DNA from: a virus
Strand: one strand, 5' to 3'
Length of the DNA: 64,000 bases
Virus record (IMG/VR): IMGVR_UViG_3300003886_000001
Location: 55,666 to 119,665 of that record
The stretch's first letter is position 1; the number at the start of each line of letters is the position of its first letter. The notes under the pieces are model-generated. The model searched no databases, was not told where the DNA came from, and saw only the letters and a program-made list of their open reading frames with translations. Below, piece by piece: positions 24,202 to 32,115 of the stretch. A program made the position numbers and the translations under genes.

Positions 24202-24232
24202 ACTATACCTGGCCCTTCTATGAGAATCATTA
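24202..24232 (-). promoter_or_regulatory. TAATGATTCTCAT-N12-TATAGT leaderless promoter
   Basis: TCTCAT 24220-25, -10 at 24202-07, ATG 24196. Confidence 0.75.
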
Positions 24233-24233
24233 G

Positions 24234-24267
24234 AAAAGACGCCCCTTGTGTAAGGGGCGCCTGTCTT
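24234..24267 (-). terminator. Intrinsic terminator
   Basis: CGCCCCTT/AAGGGGCG stem plus A-tract. Confidence 0.75.
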
Positions 24268-24275
24268 GTGTGCGG

Positions 24276-24623
24276 TTACTTGACGGTTATCCGAACGGTG
24301 GCGTCGGCCGTGAACGGAAGCGTGGCCTGTACGTCCGCCGGCAGTTTCTTGATACCGGCAGCCTTGACGGTGAAGATGTCGGACGGATTCAACTTGAGCG
24401 CCCGCTGGACGCCCAACACTTCGCGCACGCGGTACAGGCGACGTTCAACTTCGGTGAGGGTCACGGTGTGACCGTTTGCGGTGTACTTGCCGCCCACGTC
24501 CCACCGCGCCTTCGCTTCGACCTTGAGAACGTTTGCGGCAGTCTTGGCGGCCGCTTCGGCGGCGACAGACTCGGCAAGGGCGTCGATAAGCTGCTCATCC
24601 GTGAGGTTCTTGAGTGCTTCCAT
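24276..24623 (-). CDS. Hypothetical protein (leaderless, start 24623)
   Basis: MEALKNLTDEQLIDAL...; TTGCAT-17-TATTTT-5-ATG. Confidence 0.75.
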   Translation of the reverse strand: MEALKNLTDEQLIDALAESVAAEAAAKTAANVLKVEAKARWDVGGKYTANGHTVTLTEVERRLYRVREVLGVQRALKLNPSDIFTVKAAGIKKLPADVQATLPFTADATVRITVK

Positions 24624-24628
24624 ATCTG

Positions 24629-24657
24629 AAAATATCATAAATCGGGCCGTGATGCAA
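24629..24657 (-). promoter_or_regulatory. Sigma70-type leaderless promoter
   Basis: TTGCAT 24652-57, TGA-TATTTT 24629-34. Confidence 0.75.
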
Positions 24658-24713
24658 GGGGGTAGGGCCTTAATCTGTTTCTCATGTTATTCTCATGCTA
24701 GATAGTTTTCACG

Positions 24714-24744
24714 AAAGAAAAAGACGGGCCATAACGGCCCGTCT
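24714..24744 (-). terminator. Intrinsic terminator
   Basis: AGACGGGCC/GGCCCGTCT stem plus A-tract. Confidence 0.8.
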
Positions 24745-24758
24745 GCTTAGGCTTAGGC

Positions 24759-24980
24759 TTAGACTCGCCCTGCCGGGTACGCCGCCATGTACTCCACGTC
24801 TACCGCTGAGCAGAGAATCGGGCTAGTGCCACGGCGAATAGTGGCCTTGAGAAGCCGGGCCAGCCGACAGGCGACGGGCCACGCCGCGCCGGAAGCGGGG
24901 CCGTAGAAGCACACACGCGGACGAGAACCGCGCGTTATGATAGTTTCGTACCCGAGGATATAGACTCTGTAGTCACGCAT
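24759..24980 (-). CDS. Small basic protein
   Basis: 73 aa; GGAGG RBS; overlaps stop of upstream ORF. Confidence 0.6.
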   Translation of the reverse strand: MRDYRVYILGYETIITRGSRPRVCFYGPASGAAWPVACRLARLLKATIRRGTSPILCSAVDVEYMAAYPAGRV

Positions 24981-25125
24981 TCTCTGTCCTCCGCGCTGCT
25001 TCTATGGGCGTCATGCCCGCCTGGTATTCTTGCCAGTAGGGGAACGCCCCGAAGGCTTGGACCGTGAATCCCGTATGTTCGACCAGCGCTTCATTCACTT
25101 TCTGAATCCACCGTTCGAATCCCAT
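24973..25125 (-). CDS. DUF5419-like small protein (50 aa, leaderless, not in ORF track)
   Basis: MGFERWIQKVNEALVEHTG..FPYWQEYQAGMTPIEAARR. Confidence 0.7.
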   Translation of the reverse strand: MGFERWIQKVNEALVEHTGFTVQAFGAFPYWQEYQAGMTPIEAARRTENA

Positions 25126-25130
25126 ATCTG

Positions 25131-25159
25131 ACGGTATCATAAATCCGGCCGGTTAGCAA
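25131..25159 (-). promoter_or_regulatory. Sigma70-type leaderless promoter
   Basis: TTGCTA-17-TACCGT-5-ATG; near-identical to the 24629-24657 promoter. Confidence 0.75.
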
Positions 25160-25190
25160 GTCCCTAACCTTAATCATATTCTCATCATAG

Positions 25191-25218
25191 AAAAGGGCGG
25201 GTAATTAGCCCGCCCCTT
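25191..25218 (-). terminator. Intrinsic terminator
   Basis: GGGCGGG/CCCGCCC stem plus A-tract. Confidence 0.75.
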
Positions 25219-25222
25219 AGTC

Positions 25223-25720
25223 TCAGAATCGCTTCGCGCATACAGGGCCGATACCTGCTTCAATCGAAACCGGGTCGGTGAGCGTGCGGCCACAGATACC
25301 GCATACTCCTAATTCGTGGCCGTAGCGCGCGGCTGCTACCTTAGGGTCGGCCAGAACGCTTTTCAGCACGTCGCAGTAGGCGCCGGCGTAGAATCGCTTC
25401 GGAGTCTGTGCCCCAAGTTTGCGGTAGTCGTCGGAAGTCTGTGCTTTGACGAATATCCACCCGGCCCACCGTCCGCGGTCGACCTTGTCCACCTTGAGGA
25501 ACCGCATGATGCCCTGAGAATCCGGCGCGGCATAATGCCCGCTTGGAATACCTGACAGGTCAATGGTAGGGGCGGTTACCCGCAGCGTGAACAGGCGCTT
25601 AATCTCACGGGAAGCATCCGAGACACTAGGACTGTTCCCGAGGAAGGCGCGGGCGGAGCCTTGACAAGAACGCTCGCCGGCCAGCTTCATAATGAACGAT
25701 ACCTGCTTAGTCGTTGCCAT
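25223..25720 (-). CDS. DUF6011-like Zn-finger protein (leaderless)
   Basis: GVCGICGRTLTDPVSIEAGIGPVC; N-terminal ATTKQVSFI. Confidence 0.85.
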   Translation of the reverse strand: MATTKQVSFIMKLAGERSCQGSARAFLGNSPSVSDASREIKRLFTLRVTAPTIDLSGIPSGHYAAPDSQGIMRFLKVDKVDRGRWAGWIFVKAQTSDDYRKLGAQTPKRFYAGAYCDVLKSVLADPKVAAARYGHELGVCGICGRTLTDPVSIEAGIGPVCAKRF

Positions 25721-25726
25721 ACAGGT

Positions 25727-25755
25727 AACGTATCACGTGGGACGCCGTCCGTCAA
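25727..25755 (-). promoter_or_regulatory. Canonical leaderless promoter
   Basis: TTGACG-17-TACGTT-6-ATG. Confidence 0.8.
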
Positions 25756-25765
25756 GAGCCTGCAC

Positions 25766-26275
25766 CTTAATCATTCTCTCATGTTCTACTCACTAATCTT
25801 TCTCTCATACTAAGGCCATACATCCACATATACATAGCTTAATCCTCTCATAAAGACAGGTTATTCCACATCTACCTCTCATGTACACAGTATTTTCTCA
25901 TGATTCTTTCATGATTCTTTCATAATGTACTCATACTCGATGATTAACATGAGAAGATGAGAGCTTTTTCACATTTAGAGCTTATTTTTCTCTCATATTC
26001 TCATCTGCGGCCCGTCTTTTTCTCATGATAATTTGGTGATAATGCATATTACCTTCATGTTTCACATACTTCTGGCCCATATTATCATCAGAATCTCATG
26101 AGACTCTCATATATCCCTAGTTTCTCTAATTCTTCTCTCATACTTTCCTCATCTTAGACTCACGTACTTAGTATACTCTCATGTAAATGGTTATATTCTC
26201 ATGTTTCACATGAAATTATCATCGTTTTCTCATAACCCCTGGGGTTTGAAAGCAAATCGGAGTCCCTGTTCTCAT
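25766..26275. repeat. Dense array of TCTCAT hexamers in a non-coding region
   Basis: 18 exact copies counted (15 on plus, 3 on minus) between 25777 and 26275. Confidence 0.9.
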
Positions 26276-26339
26276 AATCGGCCGCCCTCCCCCTTTATCA
26301 CCCCTAGGGGTATTTTTCAAACAAAACGGACTAAGCCCT

Positions 26340-26432
26340 CTATAAAAACCCCAAATTTAAAAATAAATAAACTTTTAGAAAAAAGGGAGTTAATAACCAA
26401 CTATAAAAACCCCAAATTTAAAAATAAATAAA
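26340..26432 (+). repeat. Perfect 32-bp AT-rich direct repeat
   Basis: CTATAAAAACCCCAAATTTAAAAATAAATAAA at 26340-26371 and 26401-26432. Confidence 0.95.
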
Positions 26433-26580
26433 ATCTGGGGAAGACACCTAAAAACTCAAGTTTAAAAATCTGGGAAGGAAACCCCCAAATCTAGGAAGAT
26501 TCTGGAAAGAAAAAATAAAATCTAGGGAGGAAAATTGTCTGGGGATAGAAATTCTGTAGAGATAATCTGGGAAGGAAACC
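26431..26580 (+). repeat. AATCT(G/A)GG iteron-like repeats
   Basis: 17-bp AATCTGGGAAGGAAACC at 26467 and 26564, plus partial copies near 26431, 26488 and 26518. Confidence 0.85.
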
Positions 26581-26619
26581 TAATAATGAAAAACATGGTG
26601 AGTAAAAAATCATAAAATG

Positions 26620-26640
26620 AAAATCCCCCTTTCGGGGGAA
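26620..26640 (-). terminator. Intrinsic terminator
   Basis: TCCCCC/GGGGGA stem, GAAA loop on minus strand, U-tract. Confidence 0.8.
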
Positions 26641-26643
26641 TTG

Positions 26644-26895
26644 TTAGAACTTGTTTTCCTCATCATCGTGGCAGCGATGCCAACGAGGTAATCTAAACCC
26701 ATGATAGGTCTTCGGATGGAGAGCATCATAATACTCATTGGCTAGTTGTCTAATATCTGTAGCATAATTTTGCAGTAGAATTAGGTCATAGGCAGTCATA
26801 TCCTCCATGTCGAACTTCGTATTTCTCAATTTAAATTCAGTTAATGTACCCCGTATACTAGATAATGCAGTTGCTAGTTCTTCAGCTTTTATCAT
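26644..26895 (-). CDS. Paralog family C helical protein
   Basis: MIKAEEL..YYDALHPKTYHGFRLP. Confidence 0.75.
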   Translation of the reverse strand: MIKAEELATALSSIRGTLTEFKLRNTKFDMEDMTAYDLILLQNYATDIRQLANEYYDALHPKTYHGFRLPRWHRCHDDEENKF

Positions 26896-26907
26896 TGACT
26901 TTCCTTT

Positions 26908-27135
26908 CTAATCATGAAAACTAGGTAGTCTAAAATGGTGATAATTGTCCGGATGTAGTCCATCATAATATTCGTGTATCAATCCCTTAGTCTCTGTTGA
27001 AATATTTTGTAGTACAATTAAACCTTCAGCACCAATATCCTCTAAATCAAAATGGGTATTACCTCTATTCTTTAGGTCTTGAAGTTGTGTTTTTATGTTT
27101 AGTAGAACGGTAAATATTTCTTCATATTTTATCAT
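26908..27135 (-). CDS. Paralog family C helical protein
   Basis: MIKYEEI..YYDGLHPDNYHHFRLP. Confidence 0.75.
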   Translation of the reverse strand: MIKYEEIFTVLLNIKTQLQDLKNRGNTHFDLEDIGAEGLIVLQNISTETKGLIHEYYDGLHPDNYHHFRLPSFHD

Positions 27136-27266
27136 TGATTATCCTTTCTAACTTGTTGGATGAGGGCTTCAAAAAATGAAACTAAAAAGTCTACGTCGTC
27201 TTCATCCACATCTTTGAGTTTGATGTTTATGTCCTTTAGGGCGGCCAATAAATCCTCCTTTATCAT
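27132..27266 (-). CDS. Probable family C protein (44 aa, not in ORF track)
   Basis: MIKEDLLAALKDINIKLKDVDEDDVDFL...; ATGA overlap. Confidence 0.6.
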   Translation of the reverse strand: MIKEDLLAALKDINIKLKDVDEDDVDFLVSFFEALIQQVRKDNQ

Positions 27267-27268
27267 GT

Positions 27269-27490
27269 CTAAACAGCCGTTTGTTCTTCATCCACGGGGG
27301 AGAAGTTATCGGGCTGTAATAGCTCTGATTGTATTTCTTCAAGGGATGAGATTATGTAACTTACCTCTTCGCGGAGACTAGAAAATTCTTTTATAGTCAT
27401 TGCTACTTCTAGGTATTCTACTATGGATATATCAGCTATAAGCTCTGTTATAGCGTCCAATTTTGCTTCTAGAGTTTTGAAGTTATACAT
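27269..27490 (-). CDS. Acidic helical protein, possible family C
   Basis: Heptad pattern LEAKLDAITELIADI. Confidence 0.6.
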   Translation of the reverse strand: MYNFKTLEAKLDAITELIADISIVEYLEVAMTIKEFSSLREEVSYIISSLEEIQSELLQPDNFSPVDEEQTAV

Positions 27491-27804
27491 TTTTTAGTCA
27501 ACACCTCATGCATTTCTTGTACCTTGTCTGCTAACCTTGGGTACTGAGCCGGGGATAAATGCTTCATGGCCTTTAGTGTACTGTCCAGTTGCTGGTTTAC
27601 GGATTCTAGGTATAAAAGTTTATCTATATTACCTAGGATGTCTTTTACATAGTAGTGAACATCGTACGCCTCTGTTTGTAAAGTCACGAGGTCTGCCTCT
27701 GGCAAGTCTGGTATGACAATCTCCTGTAACACTTTTGTTGCCGACTCTAGTTTTTTCTGTATTTCAGTTTTATCGGACATGTAAGCGGACATTGTGTCAG
27801 ACAT
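27469..27804 (-). CDS. Helical protein, possible family C
   Basis: IQKKLESATKVLQEI..DLPEADL. Confidence 0.65.
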   Translation of the reverse strand: MSDTMSAYMSDKTEIQKKLESATKVLQEIVIPDLPEADLVTLQTEAYDVHYYVKDILGNIDKLLYLESVNQQLDSTLKAMKHLSPAQYPRLADKVQEMHEVLTKKCITSKL

Positions 27805-27964
27805 TTTCTTTAAGTCCTAAATAAAAGTTGTCTATAATTTCTTTAAGTTTTTCTACTCTTGCTAAAAGGCCCGGATTACTTTGTACCTGAGCGTTACCTA
27901 AATCCTTTAGAGCAGTTTCGGCGAATGTTAATTTTGCGCTTATCGTTGCATAATCGTAATGCAT
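27797..27964 (-). CDS. Small helical protein (55 aa, not in ORF track)
   Basis: MHYDYATISAKLTFAETALKDL..PGLLARVEKLKEII. Confidence 0.6.
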   Translation of the reverse strand: MHYDYATISAKLTFAETALKDLGNAQVQSNPGLLARVEKLKEIIDNFYLGLKENV

Positions 27965-27965
27965 T

Positions 27966-28253
27966 TTAGTCCTTTCTAACTCTGTCGAGAAATGCAGAAT
28001 AAGCTACTTCTAAGGCTTTTCCGAGGCTAGGGGTAAGCGTAGCACTATATTCAAGTATTTCATCTAAATCCCCAATGTCTACACAATCCCTTTGAAACTC
28101 TTCCGGGCTAATAAGGATGTTGTCTTGGATTACCCACATGGGTCCTTCAACGTAGCTGCCATCCGGATTATTAGCCTTATCAATTATGCGGCGGTCACCT
28201 TCGGATAGATATTCTCCATGTAGGTAACTACTACCACATCTAATTAATCTCAT
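27966..28253 (-). CDS. Hypothetical protein
   Basis: 95 aa; AAGGGG RBS. Confidence 0.65.
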   Translation of the reverse strand: MRLIRCGSSYLHGEYLSEGDRRIIDKANNPDGSYVEGPMWVIQDNILISPEEFQRDCVDIGDLDEILEYSATLTPSLGKALEVAYSAFLDRVRKD

Positions 28254-28392
28254 ATTTTCCCTTCAGTTAATGCTTTGGTGGTGAACACTCTTATTTTACC
28301 GGTTTTTTCTCTCATTCTTACAATATCGTCAAAGTCACCCTCTAACTCCCAATCCAATATGTCTAAGAATAGCGTCTAGGGTGTTTTCTAGT

Positions 28393-28716
28393 TTAGTAGT
28401 GAAGTCGGACATATCTACCCGTAAAATAATTAACGGCCTCAAAGCTACAATAGACGGTCAGGCTGGTAAACGAGTCTCCGTTGAGCATATAAAGAAATAC
28501 ATTCTTAGGGTCACGGGTTAGGTAGACTGTACCCTCTAGGTATAGATTGTTAGTGCAGGTAGCGTCTATTGTCACACGTTGCGGAATATTTACACTAACT
28601 CCATAAAGTTCAATTGCACTACTTCCTATGACATCATAAGAATTGGCAACCGGTTGAACGATAACGGTGCATCCTCCCAAAATGAAGATGCCTAATATAA
28701 AGACCAGCTTCCACAT
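28393..28716 (-). CDS. Putative lipoprotein
   Basis: Signal peptide with lipobox-like LGGC; AAGGAGG RBS. Confidence 0.7.
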   Translation of the reverse strand: MWKLVFILGIFILGGCTVIVQPVANSYDVIGSSAIELYGVSVNIPQRVTIDATCTNNLYLEGTVYLTRDPKNVFLYMLNGDSFTSLTVYCSFEAVNYFTGRYVRLHY

Positions 28717-28767
28717 ATCCCCTCCTTTCAGGTAGTATATGATATGTGGAGATTAGAATGATGAGAA

Positions 28768-28878
28768 TTAGTCAGACTCTTTAGCGTATAATAGCTCTAC
28801 AAGCCTGTGCTCCACTATCTTTTCGAACTCTATCGCTTCTTCGTCTTCCTCAGGAATTGTATCTATTTCTTCTGACAT
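28768..28878 (-). CDS. Small acidic protein (36 aa, not in ORF track)
   Basis: MSEEIDTIPEEDEEAIEFEKIVEHRLVELLYAKESD; AGGAG RBS; upstream TATACT. Confidence 0.55.
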   Translation of the reverse strand: MSEEIDTIPEEDEEAIEFEKIVEHRLVELLYAKESD

Positions 28879-28924
28879 AGTTTTCGCTCCTACTTAGTAT
28901 AGCACACTTAAAGAGAGACATAAA

Positions 28925-31900
28925 ATGAGAGGATACCCCCAGAAAAATTTGGAAGCTCTTTATCTGATGGAGATAGAACGTCAGAATCTTATTCCTTATA
29001 GTGAGTCTCCAATTTCGGTGGGAAGCGGTAATGGAAGTACTGCGACCGTTGTATACCAATCCAATGAAGTAGATTGGAACGGTAAGAAACGAGTATGGAA
29101 ATTAACTGCCATCTCTAATTATGCAGCCCGCTCATGGGGTTACACCGACTATAACTTAAGTGGAAATTTTACCTACAGGATAAGACTAAAAAATGTAGAT
29201 TCGCCACAAACAAAGCTTCTAGTATATAATTATTTCGGGGGGACGACAGGCACCTATACTGTAGTTATAACGTGGTCCGGAGCAATACCAACTATCACAT
29301 CAGGTACCGGAACAATAACTAACCTGGGAAACGATTGGTATGAATTTGTATTTACAGTGTCTGGAATTAATGCAGGAAATACCGGTCTTAGGTTAGACCT
29401 AGAAGTTGACCTAGTCACCGGAACTAAATCTATCTTTTTTGCAGATATACAAATGGTAGCCGGTACCACCCTACCACCATATGTCCCTACCACCCATAAA
29501 CAACTTCTATATGATTACACCGGACAGGGTAATGATGGTGTTCTGGGTACTGCTGATAAATCCGCTATTAACCCAGTAGGGGAGTATTTATGGCTATCGG
29601 GCACTACAAATAATTACATCTCTACCCCAAATAATACTGGTGGCACTGTTTATTGGGATATTACACATCTTGATGGTACGGTAACAACTGGTTCTACTAT
29701 TAATAAAACTATCTCTGTTGGAGTCGGACTACGAGCTTCAATCGTAGATATAAAGGTATATAGTGATGCCGAAAAAACAATTTTAATAGCTAATTTAAAT
29801 ATACCCAGAGATGCTCCTGGTGATGTCACACAACTATATAGTAAAGCTACTGGAGAATTATGGACTATTTCCACCACAACTAGTGGGGTTTCTTCGGCCC
29901 CAGTTTTTACCTCAGGGGGATTACTTCTCAATGGTGTAGGGCAGTTTGCTACAGCTACAATACCTGGATTAGATATTTCAGGGGTAACGGTCTCTGCACA
30001 TGCTAAGTTTGATTCAACTGCTACTGCCAATGGATACGCTGTTGGACTTGGCGGTGCCGGAGGAGACCACTCGTTACTCTCAGCTCGGGTTAACACCAAC
30101 GGATGGATGGACTTGTTTGTAAGAGACACAGCGGACACATTGTCGTCAACTAATGTGTTGAGTGCGTATACACAGGATGTAGACTCTTATATAACTCTTA
30201 GAACAAACACTACGTCAACCACCCTAGACTTAAATGGTGCGGAAATATCTACACTCACGCCACCGACGGCTCCTTTCTTGTACCAAAGAATCGTCTTGGG
30301 TGGCGCGTCCGATTCTCCGGCTTCACAGTCATTTAAAGGGACACTGGGAGTTGCTGCTGTGTATTCCAGAGAACTCTCTGCTACAGAGTCGTATCAAACG
30401 TATTCCGCTGCTAAAGATTTGTTAAATAAACGAGGCATAACTTTAGCTAATACTCCTCCAGTGAATAATATTAAAGCTGCTGCCACAGACTTAGGAGTTA
30501 CGCTAGCCAGCGGTTTTGAAGCGTGGGCCTCCAGTGTTTGGACGGCCGGAATGAGCTGGACCGTGTTAAGCCAGCCCACCACAGGCATCGAGCTGGACTT
30601 GCGAGGTAACGGCGCTTGCGCGGCGTGGTGGGGGGACGGCAATACCGACGCTTACGTCCTGCTGAACACCAGCGCTGATACGGTGTTGGCTCACACGTAC
30701 GCTTCGGCCGTCACTAGACCGGTAGTGGTGCTAGGGGACGTCACTAGGTGGAGCGGTCCGGCTTCGGTGCTCACGAGTTACGGAACCAAAACGCAGTACC
30801 TCCCAGCTTCCCTCGCACTCCTAAACGTACAGGGTAGCAATACTTTGTCTGGGGACGTGCAGTACCTCCCGGCGAACCTCACGTATCTATACGTAACGGG
30901 TAGCAATACCTTAAGCGGAGATGTAGTCGGGTTGCCTAGGGGTATGACTAGTTTTAATCTAGGTGGTAATAACACCATTACTGGCGATGTAGTTGGGTTG
31001 CCAACAACTCTTACTGTTCTCAATCTTGGGAATAATAACTTGACCGGGAGTATTATAAATCTTCCTAGGGCGTTGATAACTATAACTGTGGGTGGTAATA
31101 TTGCCTTAAGTGGAGATGTTAAGAATCTACCCACGGGTGTTCAAATAGTGGTACTTAACGGTCCTGTTGCTATAATCAGTACCACTACAATACTGCCAAC
31201 GCCCCTATCGGACATCAAAATCTCCAACATGACTACTGCCAGCGTCGATGATGTCCTGGAAGCCATGGCCGCGAATGTGCTGGACACGAAACCCCTCTCT
31301 AATCGCATCATTACCCTCAATGGTGGTACTGCTCAACCGCGCAGCACCGCTTCCGACGCCGCCGTGACCACCCTCACGACCGCAACGCCGCCGTACACGG
31401 TAACTACCATTCCCCCAACCAACCTAATTACCGGAAGTGACCTCATTTCTGACCCTGTTGGTACCGTTGGTTCTTCCACGGTTTCTCATGCAACTGAAAC
31501 TGTAACTGGATTGGGCTCAATAAATGTGGTAACATGGGTACAGGCGACTACGGCGGATATCATTTCTGTCACCAGCAACAGAACGTTTAATGTTACCCCC
31601 GGTGAAGCTTTAAATATTAGCATGTATATAAACAGTACATTGGCGTCCTCAGCCCGGCTTCAGGCAATTGTTACCGTTGATACTGTGGACTATTATTTGC
31701 AGGCAGACGGAGTAACTTGGAGCACTACGGCGTGGGAGTGGGAACCAGATGTTGGCACATTAAATACCTGGAATCGCTCTGTTACTGTAACTAATACCAT
31801 TCCAGCAGGCACGTCAGCTAGTTTGCACTTCTTATCCATGTATCGTAATACCGGTAGCTTTACCTTTAAGTTAGCAGCCTGGCAGGTAACTGAAGGCACA

Positions 31901-31930
31901 ACCCTTTACCCCTACACTACTACACCATAA
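28925..31930 (+). CDS. Large fibre/receptor-binding-like protein with carbohydrate-binding, LamG-like and LRR-like segments
   Basis: LYDYTGQGNDG, FKGTLGVAAVYSRELS (LamG-like); repeats SGDVQYLPANLTYL / SGDVVGLPRGMT / TGDVVGLPTTL. Confidence 0.75.
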   Translation: MRGYPQKNLEALYLMEIERQNLIPYSESPISVGSGNGSTATVVYQSNEVDWNGKKRVWKLTAISNYAARSWGYTDYNLSGNFTYRIRLKNVDSPQTKLLVYNYFGGTTGTYTVVITWSGAIPTITSGTGTITNLGNDWYEFVFTVSGINAGNTGLRLDLEVDLVTGTKSIFFADIQMVAGTTLPPYVPTTHKQLLYDYTGQGNDGVLGTADKSAINPVGEYLWLSGTTNNYISTPNNTGGTVYWDITHLDGTVTTGSTINKTISVGVGLRASIVDIKVYSDAEKTILIANLNIPRDAPGDVTQLYSKATGELWTISTTTSGVSSAPVFTSGGLLLNGVGQFATATIPGLDISGVTVSAHAKFDSTATANGYAVGLGGAGGDHSLLSARVNTNGWMDLFVRDTADTLSSTNVLSAYTQDVDSYITLRTNTTSTTLDLNGAEISTLTPPTAPFLYQRIVLGGASDSPASQSFKGTLGVAAVYSRELSATESYQTYSAAKDLLNKRGITLANTPPVNNIKAAATDLGVTLASGFEAWASSVWTAGMSWTVLSQPTTGIELDLRGNGACAAWWGDGNTDAYVLLNTSADTVLAHTYASAVTRPVVVLGDVTRWSGPASVLTSYGTKTQYLPASLALLNVQGSNTLSGDVQYLPANLTYLYVTGSNTLSGDVVGLPRGMTSFNLGGNNTITGDVVGLPTTLTVLNLGNNNLTGSIINLPRALITITVGGNIALSGDVKNLPTGVQIVVLNGPVAIISTTTILPTPLSDIKISNMTTASVDDVLEAMAANVLDTKPLSNRIITLNGGTAQPRSTASDAAVTTLTTATPPYTVTTIPPTNLITGSDLISDPVGTVGSSTVSHATETVTGLGSINVVTWVQATTADIISVTSNRTFNVTPGEALNISMYINSTLASSARLQAIVTVDTVDYYLQADGVTWSTTAWEWEPDVGTLNTWNRSVTVTNTIPAGTSASLHFLSMYRNTGSFTFKLAAWQVTEGTTLYPYTTTP

Positions 31931-32115
31931 TGGTTCAACAAAAAGTATTACACTTTAACTCAATGATAACCTATGATGCTTGGTTGTCTCTCCACAAAGA
32001 AAGGGTAGTAATTACATCAATTTCTGCCCCAGAAGAAACCTTTGCCTACATTTTGGCTTATCAGTTACCGTTGCCGGTAATGACGGTTAACTATCTGGAG
32101 TTCCCTAATGACTAA
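31930..32115 (+). CDS. Hypothetical protein
   Basis: Coupled TAATG start. Confidence 0.55.
   Translation: MVQQKVLHFNSMITYDAWLSLHKERVVITSISAPEETFAYILAYQLPLPVMTVNYLEFPND

Noticed and set aside
24745-24762. Telomere-like TTAGGC repeat
   Set aside because: Only three units, internal, and coinciding with stop codons.
25110-25125. tRNA T-loop-like GTTCGAATCC
   Set aside because: It lies within a coding ORF, and no cloverleaf or acceptor stem could be built.
25766-26580. CRISPR or mini-CRISPR array
   Set aside because: The repeats are 6-mers or paired 17/32-mers at irregular spacing, with no constant repeat-spacer period and no cas genes.
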